A DNA stretch of 53,957 nucleotides, counting the filler, from Porpidia crustulata (lineage: Eukaryota), in assembly GCA_964255105.1 (NCBI GenBank). It is 3 parts of 3 records of this genome, joined end to end, with 100 filler letters (N's around TTAATTAATTAA, not from the genome) between each part and the next. Parts side by side here need not be neighbours in the genome. Positions count along the whole stretch, not along the records: positions 36,055 to 53,957 come from CAXUWE010000200.1; 2 more parts are not named here. One strand, written 5' to 3'. Positions 39,981 to 53,447 of this stretch are shown in pieces. A model generated the notes under the pieces. That model was not told the DNA's origin. It was given only the letters and a program-made list of their open reading frames with translations, and made no database searches. The position numbers and the translations under genes are program-made. Position 1 is the stretch's first letter. Each line of letters starts with the position of its first letter.

Positions 39981-42464
39981 CTATATTGCAGCACCAATTT
40001 GTCCTTGCGCATGCTGCGTTGCTGCTTTGAATACTTCTTCGAAAATGCCTCGGAGAGATTCTGTATCTGTCGCATTGGTGTAGTAGACGTGCAAAAGATT
40101 TTTCTTACCTTGCTCTTGCATTATATTGCGAAAGGGTTGAGCGTAGTAGTCCCTGGCTTCAGCGACATCACTGAAGCAGCTCTCGACGAAGTGACGCTTG
40201 CTGCGGAACTTTTCATCGAACAAATCTGATTTGTTCAGAAACAGGAAGACCGGGACATTGGAAAACTTGGAGAGTCTTATTAAGGGCTGGAACATCAGTT
40301 CTGCGTCTTTAATCTGAGTCTAAAATGGGAATATTAGCATTACATCTAATGGTGTTGGGCTTGATTGTAGCAGTGAACCGTTTTTTTGCTTACTGAGGTT
40401 GTATCTTCGATGAGACATGAATCGAATGCCCCCAGCGCTTCTACAAAAATCAAACAATCCACGTCTGTCATCGTTTGCATCCGATTTTTTCGCTCGCGAC
40501 GGGCACCGCCTACATCGTACACATGATGATTCGATCCTTTGTAACAGAACAGTGTCTCAGTGACTCCAATTGTTCGATTGCTGGCGTGTAAAAAGTCTTG
40601 ATTGGTCGGCAAGTACTCTTTGGAGAACAAGCGATCGATGTTTCTCATATAACTGGCCGCCAATCAGTGGAAGCCGACTCATATTCCTGAATGGAGCAAA
40701 CTACACACTATCCGAGATTGTCGTGAAGGGCAAACTCTCCACCACGTAAGACTGCTTTTTCAATGACCTCGTCACGCCAGAGCTCTTTCATTGGAGTCAG
40801 ATATGCCGATATGTTGAAATAATCGTCAAATCTGGAACAGCCCCCTAAATGGGTGTTAGTCCTTATAATGTGTGGTGCGTGGCTACTAATACATACAGCC
40901 CCCTAAATGGGTGTTAGTCCTTACAATGTGTGGTGCGTGGCTACTAATACATACGTTCATAGTAGAGCCTCATAGCCTCGTTAATTATCTGCTGGTAATT
41001 CTTTCAAATGTTTAGTACCGTTCAAAGATTTTATAGTTGGAGCACTTACCTCCACACTCTTGTCCTGGTACTGGAGGCCTAGTCTCGGCAGTTCCTCGAA
41101 AATAATACTAAGCGCAAAGAGCATGTTTGAGAAGATAGACGGCCGTATATTTTCATAGTCAGTTAATGAAAAGGAGTCGAGTCCATAGATGAGTCTCATC
41201 TGCTTGAGTATTGTAGTCTTACCAGCTTCACCAGCCCCTAGTTGCAAGTCGTCATTAGCACATGTCCAAAACTCAAATAGTAAAACGACACAATTACCAA
41301 GAAGCAGTATTTTAGTTGGCAACTGTTTTCCGTCAGGGTAGCCCAACAATTGATCTTCTGAAGATGTTGAGCCCAGCAGTATTTGCTGATGAACCTCAGA
41401 ACGGAGATCGAGAGGATTGATCGTGGCATAGCGGATATTCGTCGAAGCTTCGCGCTCAGGTCCTCTTCTGTGCCAGAATCTACTTGAAGCTTGTTCAACA
41501 TCTAAGACCGAAATGGGATAATGCTGGGGATTCGAAATTTCTCCTCTGAACACCGGCAATGATAAGACAGAAAGGGTGGATATCTACGAGAGACTAATTC
41601 CAGAAAAGAATGAAGAGGCCCCAATGGACTGAACGCTTGAAGGAATAGATGAGATGGAATCCCGCTTCGATGTCCGCACGTAAACTCGGGAAGAGTGAAT
41701 TTCAGACTGTACACCAGGATCCAGGCCAGTTTTGGGATTGCCTAAAGGTAGTAATACGGACCGCTCGTCTACGCCCGGAGAGGGTTTGATCGTTCTTGTC
41801 GAAGCGGCGTCAGTCATTGAAAAGATAGACGAAGCCATAGAGTCGTTTCCTGCTTCTAGACTAGGTTCCATACTGGCCAATCGCCTAGATATATCTTCGC
41901 TGTTTTGTAAGATACTGCCAATCGAGGTAGCAAGCTTCTCAACTGAGCCTTGAATTTCCACCGTAGTCTCACTACCACACGAAAGTATCAGAGGAACGAT
42001 CACATATTCCACTCAATTGACGTCAATCGTACTTACCACGTCAATATTGTTAGGATGAGGCTAAGAGAGGTTCGTGATTCCCGAACACGGGAGACGAGGG
42101 TGTTGATTCTATGCTCTTGTCGGGCCCAGCGTAGCTTCATGGTTCTAGATAACGGTTGATCTAGCTTAAAGGTATCCAATGTTTGCTCTAATTCAGATAT
42201 AGTCAAGACGCAAGATGTACTTATAACTACGATCGACTCTACCGAAATAGCTGCTCTTCTCGACTGCGGTACAGTGTCCATGCCATGGAGAAAGGGAAAC
42301 AGCTGTGCCAGACAGATCCTGAGGCTTGTTGCTTCTGCGACAACTCTTCGTGCTGTATCTGGAGCTTTTCGTTCCCGACCGATAAAATCAGTGAGTGAGT
42401 TTGCTATCTTGGCCACCGCAGCCGCTACACCAGTGATGGCGGCAATGATTGATAGAGGATCCAT
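39981..42464 (-). pseudogene. HeLo-like (fungal STAND N-terminal) domain fused to atypical G-protein alpha domain; one in-frame TAG
   Basis: Exons 42464-42037, 41971-41298, 41237-41050, 41000-40955, 40844-40709, 40652-40394, 40319-39981 total 2070 nt in one frame. N-terminus 'MDPLSIIAAITGV...APDTARRVVAE...LRWARQE'; G-alpha motifs KILLLGAGEAGKTTILKQM, DVGGAR, LFLNKSDLF, TNATDT. TAG at 41584-41586. Confidence 0.8.
40837..40954. repeat. 58-bp direct tandem duplication covering a complete 52-nt intron plus 6 exonic nt
   Basis: 40837-40894 and 40895-40952 differ at one position (ttataatg vs ttacaatg). Confidence 0.95.
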
Positions 42465-42978
42465 GAAAAGCAACAAGAGCGAGACGTATCAGCGATTAGC
42501 CAGCTGTATCACAAGGGCAGTCAATGCGATAGAGCTGCAAACATATGTGAAATCAAATTCCAGCCTGATAGCGATAATCCGACTGAAGAGGACCGGTGGT
42601 AGCCTTGTGCGGTTCACTGATGTGCAGGCACAGCCGAACGCCCCACTGCCATTGGCACTGCCTTGACTCAGGCGTGTCGGGGATGGATCTTGTGCCTTCA
42701 GCATTGTATGGTCAAGTAAAAAAGTCTTGCAATACCAAAGGCGTTTCGGGTTCCTTCTTTTTATGTGCGGCTCTTTCTTTGATCATCACGCTTGCTCGAA
42801 GTCGTCAAGAAGTCATCTCTCCGGAGGATCGTGGCGAAAAGTGGGGTCAAAGGACCAAGTCGAATTCAGCATGGTATCTAATTTGGAACTCTTCTACTTG
42901 CCTGCTTCTATTCTCCCTCTAATATACGATAAAATTAATATCTGCAATATAGACGGATGAGGTGAAGTAAGACCATTC

Positions 42979-43920
42979 ATGGCGCTAGATACACCCCTGT
43001 CAGTTGTCGGTCTCGTAACTGCCCTCTACCTCTTCATCCGCCTTGCCCTCCACGCCCATATCTACCTCCGCACATCTTCGTTACCCCGCTACATCCACCC
43101 TACCAAACCATCTTGGGCCTTTATCAGCGGTGCTACAGATGGGATTGGCTTTGGATTCGCACAGGAACTCTGCCAGCGCGGATTCCACGTAATCCTTCAC
43201 GGCCGTAATCCGAACAAGCTTCGAGATGTACAAGCGCGATTAGCTCGCGAATATCCTCTAGCAGAAACCAAGATCTTTATTTCCGATGCCTCTCATCTTA
43301 CGGGTGATTTGGAGGAACGAGTACGGAAGTGCATTGAAGATACGGAGTTGAGGGTTTTGATCAACAATGTTGGAGGCCAAGGGGGTCTCACGAGGAAGAC
43401 GTATCAGACGTTGGAAGAGAGTACAGAAGAGGAAGTCGACAAGGTCTTGAACTTGAATGCACGCTTCGCAACTCATCTGACCCGTGCCCTACTTCCCATA
43501 CTTACACGCCACTCGCCCAGTCTCATCATGAACATCTCCAGCAACGTTGTGCTCGGCTTTCCCTACCTTGATGTCTACAGCGGGTCCAAGGGCTACATCG
43601 ACGCTTTCACGCGGGCTCTAAGTGCAGAGATGGTGGCCGAAGGTAAGCAGGTTGAGGTGTTAGGGATACGAGTGAGCGCTGTACGGAGCGCGGGGAACAA
43701 TTCTAGAGAGGGGCTTTTTATTCCCACGTCAAGACGGATGGCAGAAGTCGCGTTGGAGAGGGTAGGATGTGGAAGGGTGCTTCTATGTGCTTTTTGGCCT
43801 CATGCATTGCAATTAGGCCTGATGGAGATGCTGCCAGAGAAAGTGGTGCAGTGGGTCAGTGTGAGCACCATCAAGGGACTGAAGGTCTTGAAAGAGGAGG
43901 AGGAGAAAAGGGAAAGGTGA
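42979..43920 (+). CDS. Short-chain dehydrogenase/reductase (17-beta-HSD / 3-ketoacyl-CoA reductase-like), intronless
   Basis: N-terminal hydrophobic anchor, 'SGATDGIG' Rossmann motif, 'LINNVG', catalytic 'YSGSK'. Confidence 0.9.
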   Translation: MALDTPLSVVGLVTALYLFIRLALHAHIYLRTSSLPRYIHPTKPSWAFISGATDGIGFGFAQELCQRGFHVILHGRNPNKLRDVQARLAREYPLAETKIFISDASHLTGDLEERVRKCIEDTELRVLINNVGGQGGLTRKTYQTLEESTEEEVDKVLNLNARFATHLTRALLPILTRHSPSLIMNISSNVVLGFPYLDVYSGSKGYIDAFTRALSAEMVAEGKQVEVLGIRVSAVRSAGNNSREGLFIPTSRRMAEVALERVGCGRVLLCAFWPHALQLGLMEMLPEKVVQWVSVSTIKGLKVLKEEEEKRER

Positions 43921-44445
43921 GCTGGATGGGAGAGAAATACAAGGCCTGTAATCTGACCGTATGCTTACGGTCTCGAAGCCAGCAAGACACAGAGCCTTAG
44001 GGACGCCGGTGTAACTGCAAATGTCTGTATAGTTGGTTACATTTATTTTAGAGACTACTGAAATCGCTAACTTAGAAGCGTCAAAATCATTCAGGTGATA
44101 CAATCTGATAAATGAAAAAAGTTGTCCTCGCAACACCCTCCACAAGCCATTTAGTTCGCTCAACGAAAGTCAACAGGAAGAGGAGAGAATGGGAACATCT
44201 GCCACTTGTAATATGTCTTTCAGGTCGGGTATACCAGATGTATCGAAATGGCGCTAGAGCAGCGGAGCCCGCTATCATCAAAGCTTTCGATAGCCACCGA
44301 TCAGACCATCCGCATTTGATAATTGCGGACCCAGCGAAGGTCTCATTTGGGAGATCACCGTTCTCTTGGGCATTGTCTTTACTCTTTATATCTGTTTGGT
44401 GACGGCGCCCAGTTCCCTTCCTGAACCGATGCTGCTCTTGACGTC

Positions 44446-45798
44446 TAATCCAGCGAGCAAAGAACCTCAGCGCTCATCAGCATAGACTATTCGCTACAAT
44501 TCCCACCCTCCGGAGTGTTGTACTTGTACAATGCTGGTGCAAGATACAGCTCTACACTCGCATAGTCTTCAACTCGATCATCCTCGTCGCCCTCTTCATC
44601 GTTCATCAAATCCATCGTTTGGGCATTGTACTCAAAAGAGCCTTCCAAATACGAGAACCTGAATTCGGCCTTCTGTACTGACATCTCGATATCTAGCTCA
44701 AGTGCTCGTCGAGCAATCTCCACGATATGAGCATCAGTGGATGTCTTTACATGATTCAGACGTAGATGTTCCATGGCCGAACGGCCGACTTGTTCACTGA
44801 TGCTGCGAAGTCGCTCACTCGACATGTTCTGTTTCGCAAGCCGTGCCGTCATGGTCAGCCAATCCTGATACTGTGATGATTGTGCCAATTGGGTGGTTGA
44901 GGTCGACGTTACTAGTCTGGTGTGTGAGTTTCTATGCTTGATGGAGCAGGCAATCTGGACTTACGAGGGACAATAGCAACCGTAAGGTCTACAAGAGTTT
45001 TGGCATCGCCAGCCCACCGAGACCTACCGAATACTTCTTTCTCTAAGATAGCCCATATGAAGGCCTGTAATATCCTCGAGACGCCTCTTGGCGTCTCAAA
45101 ATACTGCTCGATGTTTGTTCCAATGGAGTGTAACATCTGGGCAAATTTCGAGGATAATGGGTCTTTTGAGAGGACACTCTAGCATCTGCTATCGAACTCG
45201 GGCGGAAGACTGTTTGCGTTTTCGACCAATTCTCAATTACTACCCTGAGTGTCTTGGTTTCCTTTACAAAATATCGGTCATCTCTTTTCTGCTTATCCGC
45301 CTCGTGCATTTTCGCGATCAGCGTCACCATTTTTCTCATCTCTCGGTCTTGATCGTGAATGTGCTGCCCTACTTTCTCGAGAAAACGTCTATCGCCCTGG
45401 GAGCTCGTTCTTGAAGCAAGCGCACGCACTTTCGAAGGAAATTCGTCCGACGAGGACCCAGAACTCTTAGAAGAGGATGATTCCAGCTCCTCCGACTCTA
45501 TCAATTCCGGCTCGGCGGAGGCTCGATCCATACTATCGACAGACTCCTGGGCTGGTCTCTGGTTCTGTTTGTCTCTCGACTTGCCCGACCCTTTGGGCTT
45601 CCGATGTTCGTTTCCTCGATCGCGCCTCGTCATGCCAGCAAACCACGAGAGCTTCGGGTGTCGTTTATCCGCCATATCTCGATCTTTGTATCTCGAAGAA
45701 AGCACCGCAGAAGATGATGCACCGGTATGATTGTCTAGTAGGCGAGTGCGCTGTGGTGGCAAGCTTCTATCAAGAAAGCTGCCTATACTAGATTGCAA
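44446..45798 (-). pseudogene. Fungal protein of unknown function, apparently disrupted
   Basis: Three consecutive ORFs (45043-45798, 44912-45136, 44487-44888). A frame change at ~45180 has no credible intron. An intron lies at ~44963-44912. TAG at 44487-44489 interrupts the protein-like C-terminus 'LAPALYKY..GGNCSE*SMLMSAEVLC'. Confidence 0.5.
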
Positions 45799-46506
45799 GG
45801 GCTTTGTACCAGATCACGAATCCAAAATACAGCATTGCCAACCATGGCTTCGAGGATTCTAGTGTATGTGCTTTTTATACTTATGAGTGAAAGTGGGCCT
45901 CTGCGGGAACTGCAGAAAGGTCCCCAAATTCAATGGTGGGAGGTTCACTCTCACAGCTGCTTCATTCCTTATTCATGGCCAAGAACGAGTGAAGCTCGCA
46001 TATGACATAGTCATATGCACATTTCCTCGCGGTTCACGAAGAAGCAGTGAATGGCAAGGCTCCAGCTCCAGCATTATCAAATTCCATTCTGCGTCACTGA
46101 TACACAAAGCACGTGTGTACATATGCACTTCACATGACTATCGGTCTGTACCAATATCAAATCCAGAGAACCTGTCTTCGAATAATGGAACCAGGAAATC
46201 ACATCAACGAGCGCGCCGCTGCCACCGGCAAGATTATGGTCAGGCCGAACCCCAAGACGGAGCAAAAGAGCTGCAGATGATTCCGCCAGGTGTAGCTTTT
46301 GGCGTACTCATCGAGGGCCCTTTTTGTATCTACACCAACCCTAGAGCCTAGGTGCGCTTTCTTCACAAGCATACAGGCATTCTTCCCCCTCTAAAATGTC
46401 TTTATCATACTAGAAAGCAACTCTTACTACTTTACTCCTTTCACCTCTAATCTCTGCTGTGCTCTCAGCTCCTTCAATTCTCTATTTTATTCCTTCTCAT
46501 CACGCT

Positions 46507-47560
46507 CTATCGTAAGTAAGGGGATATCGAGACGCCGGCGGAAGTTTTGTTTGATGTTTTTTTTGCTGAGTTGGTTTTTGTTGTAGAGGAAGAGTTACTT
46601 CGTTCTTCTGTATTAGCTAAGAGACTGACTAAAACTTGTGCAGACGGAGTGGATCCATTAAATGGATCAGCTGGTGCACCCTTTGTGATCATATTTTTCC
46701 AAAATTCGTCAAGGAGGTCTTCATCTCCTTCTCTCCTGAAGGATGTTGTCTACAATAACCCCCTTCCCCACGAACTTGATACCAAAACACCATCCAACAA
46801 GCCATCTCCACCCACAAATTCCCACAATCCTCAAAACACATCTCTATCTCAGCCCCCCATTCAAATCTTCCCAAACCTTTCCAGATACAGCATCCTTTTA
46901 ACTTCAAATCCCTTCTCACAATTGGCCGAGTACATGTTTATACCGTGGACACAAAATACCACGAAAATCTTTAGGAAATAAGGACTATATTTTACAGTCG
47001 GATTTAAAGCTTCGAACTCTCCTGCTAAAAAGCGCAAAACTACCAGCAGAATCCCAAAATCTATGGGCCGAATAATCACTAAGAGCATTAGCAGCGCATT
47101 GACAAGCTTATAGTTGAGAACATCCTGCAGAAACCCAAGAACCCAGGTGGAATATCAAAAACATGCATGATCGAAAGTATATGGAGGCGATCGTAGCTGT
47201 TTTGAAGATTTAGTCGGGGCGAATTTCGGGGGGGCTGCGCTTTTCTTGGGGTTTTTTGATCTTTTTTAATTTCCAATCCTCCAATCCTCCCTTGCCTTTA
47301 TCTCCACCACAATCTGATCATCTCCCACCCCATCGACGCTCGCTCATCTCCCCCATCATCAAAACCCCGCAACTCTCTCATCACCCTCTTTTCTCTTCAT
47401 TCTCCCTTCTTTCACAGCTTCTCGCCAAAATTCCTTCATTATCATATTGCTCATCAAAATAGAAAGTGCGGAAAGTGGGGCGATCGAGGTGCGAGATGAT
47501 GAAGATAGATACAGCGACACCTGATACGTAAATACTTTACACCACCCCCATATCCAAAAC
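46507..47560 (-). pseudogene. Degenerate coding relic of unknown origin
   Basis: One minus-strand frame reads as long protein-like blocks ('TWVLGFLQDVLNYKLVNALLMLLVIIRPIDFGILLVVLRFL...LYLERFGKI*MGG*DRDVF*GLWEFVGG...EDLLDEFWKNMITKGAP') broken by isolated stops. Confidence 0.3.
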
Positions 47561-47650
47561 ACCCATATATGCGTCATCATTCACGTATCCATCCGACTCC
47601 TTTTGATGACCTGTCCCCAATGTCACGTATTACACACCTCCCGAAACATA

Positions 47651-49066
47651 TCAAGCCGCCGTAACTCCCTGCCCCTGCTTCTGACTCACCCCAGCTCCCG
47701 CACCACAAGACCCCACAGGCCTCCTCTCCTGCACAGCCTTCCACGCGCAATCCTCCACCTGCAGCATCCGATCCATCGACGCCACGGCCGCCGGCTGCGC
47801 GAAAATGGTGATGTTCGCTCCGTGTGGGAGACCTTCATATACTATAGTCCGTTAGCGACAAGGCTCAATAGTCCGGCTATCAAAGGGTGCGTTACCGGTG
47901 GTGTTGAGAGTGCGACTCAAGTCTCTCCTAGGTAGAGGTGGCGGAGGGGCGTGGTAGGCGCGGCCACCGATACCGGGACGGCCGAGGCAGAGGGACATGA
48001 GGGTGTCGTAGGCGGTGCGGATTTGGAGGCCGGTGAGGGTGACAGGTTTGATGGCGGAGATGGCCAAGGTGCAGGATTCTGCGGGTATGGGTCAGCGGAT
48101 CTGAATCTTTGGGCTGAAGGGGGATTCTGGTTTTGCGGTGACGGACTCGAGTGTAGGAATTGAGGTTTATTGGGAGCGATTTCCATGCTGATGTTCAGGT
48201 GCTGGTAATCCGGCACTGGGATTTGATTGCAATCGGCCACGGCGAGGGCTCCGAGCGCGGCGTCGCATTCGAAGTTCTCATTTTCGAATGCTAGCCCTGG
48301 ATCCCACCAGGGGATCGTGCCGCCGATTTCCATCTTCAGAGATTGTTGCTCGAAGTATTCCGCCCGTCGGGCAAATTCAAAGCTGAGCTCGGTATCTGGC
48401 GGTGCTCTATTTTCGGCGTCTTCTTCGGATTTGCTGAGGTGGCGTGCAATCGATGGGTCGAAATTGCCAGGCATTGGCGCGTGTTTGGGCGCGCCGGTCA
48501 AGGTAATTGTGAGGAATAGAGAGCTTGATGCTTTTGAAGTCCTGGAATCAATAAAACGGTGCTAAGAAAATGGTGGTGCAGCGAAGTTCTTACGAAAAAG
48601 GCCAGAGATATCTGTCTGTGGTGCTGTAACGTAGTTGATTAGATTATCGAAGTCCTTTGTGATAAAGCCTCCAATTCCATTATTTTTGAAGACGCAGTAA
48701 TTGATTAGCTGATCTGCAGCTGCCCTAATGTCGTTGGGTCTGGCATTGTATGTCATGGCTCTAGCAGGACCTGCTATCTCAACGGAGATCCTACAATCAT
48801 CTAGGGAGGAGGTCTTAGTTGGACCGAGCGTGATCTCGATGGGGTCGGTCTTACTAACCAACGGCAGTACTCCATGGCAAGGCATATCGGGCTCCTGATG
48901 TATCGATGGTATAAGGTACATTCGTCATTCCCATGGGCAAATTCGTTCCCGCCGAAGTGCATGAAGAGAGCTCCAAATCCATTCCATAGCCTGCATCGCA
49001 AAATAAGAAGTTGTGCAGAGGGGGGTTTGGGCGAGCAACGAATCCCAAACCAGTAAGATTAGACAT
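47651..49066 (-). CDS. Cys-containing, secreted-type protein of unknown function, multi-exon; signal peptide not located
   Basis: Exons read 'LFCDAGYGMDLELSSCTSAGTNLP..YALP', 'DCRISVEIAGP...IRAAADQLINYCV..GIGGFIT', 'FECDAALGALAVADC', 'SCTLAISA...CLGRPGIGGRA', 'GLPHGANITIFAQ...DCAWKAV', separated by GT-AG introns. Stop TGA at 47651-47653. Confidence 0.6.
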
Positions 49067-51019
49067 TGGTCAAGGATAATTATCGTGATACGCTGTAGAT
49101 GATGGGAGAATAGATCTCCTCAAAATCTTTGTAGGCATGATGTATTGGCGCGACATGCGGGTGAGTCTGCGCACGTTGACAAATCGGTAGATATGCGATA
49201 GACCTCTGCGGCAATTGAAGATAGGCGAAACAGACAAACTTTTTTCCGAATAAGGTCTATATTCATTAAAGCGAGGTGACCCTACGTTTGAAGTGAGGTT
49301 TCATTCTCATGGCTCTGTCGGTATTAACGACATGGCTGTAGATGGTTGAATTGAAGTGGTCATCTGCGGTTGACTCTGCAAGATTCTTGGGCATTCACAT
49401 AAATCCACAGTTTCATGGAGAAGCTGTGAGTCAGTGAGCCGGGAATCAGCAAGACAATCTTATTGCTTTAGAGTTCCATACCTCCATCAATTGGTGTCGC
49501 GAATTGATACATAGATTGATAGATCTGAAAAGCTGAGAATAGTATTCGTAATCGTCTTTCAAGAGGTCTACCAATCCATTTAGTACCTCTGGAATGTGAT
49601 GTCCATTTGAAGTGGTCGTGCGTTTCTTGTAGTAGTATAGCTGAGCCGCTCGTAGCTAATCAAAAATTTCTATCAAGAGACGAAATGTTGAGGAGGAGGC
49701 GTCTTGAAGCAGTTCGTCTGCCAGATCCATTGGTAATCTCTCCTCCCTAATATTGGCCGTCCCTAGCTCTCAAGGTAGTAGCCATCACATTGAGCACTTT
49801 TGCTAGAATCCTTGTTAATAGCTCTAAAGGCCATCTTCCAAACGTGAGTGTGCTTGCGGGGTGGCACGGGCCAAGTCACCTCGATGAAATATATGTATAC
49901 ATGGGATGGATTGCAAGCTCGAGCCTGCCGTAACTCAAATGAGTTGAGATTGATTGGCCCTGTCTCTGTGACGCAATACAGATAGAACAAGTTCTCCAAA
50001 GCAAGGTGTGGTACTATACAACGACTAGAATATAAGGGATAGCGACACGATCCCGGGATTACGATCAGAATGCAAGCCAATGAAAAAAACCAACTTCGAG
50101 GTCAGCATCACTAGAAGAGTGGAAGAAGTGTATGCGGGAGTAGGCCATTTAACCGTTTGAGCGCGTAGAAAATTCGCGTGAAAGTTAAAAAGGAGCTTAT
50201 GACGGATTTCGCATGTAGAATGAACAGCTACATAAATGACCTGGACCGCATCAAAACTATGCACAGAAACTGGTGTTGTCAGTCAACAAGAGGCTTGCTC
50301 TGACTGGTACAATAACAGCTTTGAACGGGTGCTCGCAGGACATCAGATCGGACCATTGAGCCTTGCCACAAAGCACTCTCATAGTATACCTCTACAATAG
50401 GCTCCGCTGACATCCGCAAGAGTCGATGATTAGTTGAAGGAGGAGAGACACATGGCGATTGGCCCGAGGTACAGACTCCTTGGTGTTTGACTGCCAATAG
50501 AAGCCAATGTAGGTAAACACTATTTTATTGTAGGCGAAGCAGAGACAGCAGAATGAGTCACTGCTATGCTATTATTATGACTACTGTCATTATCACTTGG
50601 GTAGTGGTAACAGGGAGCTTGGAGGCTGAGGTAAAGGACACTTTGCTTCACTCGATCTGATAGCTGATGAGGGCGGAAAACGCGACTGCTCCCGCTGCTC
50701 TCGTCACTTAAGCGGCCAGCTAGGCTTAAAGCAGGCGTATGACATAATCAGCCGAGCTGTCTATTCCGTACTGGGAAAGGTCATTCTTTTTTTTATTCTT
50801 TGCAGGGCTGAGAAGGCCACATCGACTTAATCTTTCAAGTCAAGTCATAAGGACACCGATGCGCTTGCAGAACTCCAAATTCTCTTAATTACTCCACATA
50901 CTCTCTTCACTGTTACCTCCCCTCACATAGTCTCCTACACCCAACGTATATTCAGCGACGCCGTGACCTCTGACTAGGACTCACAACCCCCCAAGTGTAG
51001 CTTGTTTAAATCGTTCAAA

Positions 51020-53447
<2,428 letters not shown>

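Noticed and set aside
40837..40954. CRISPR-like direct repeat
   Set aside because: Two abutting copies with no spacer in a eukaryotic gene; explained as an intron duplication.
22000..46000. Starship-like giant transposon or other intact TE
   Set aside because: No DUF3435 tyrosine recombinase, DDE transposase, reverse transcriptase, LTRs or TIRs were recognisable in the window.
50554..50560. TGAGTCA (Gcn4/CpcA-type site) upstream of BiP, and a search for a UPRE
   Set aside because: A single 7-mer is expected by chance in 54 kb, and no convincing UPRE consensus was seen.
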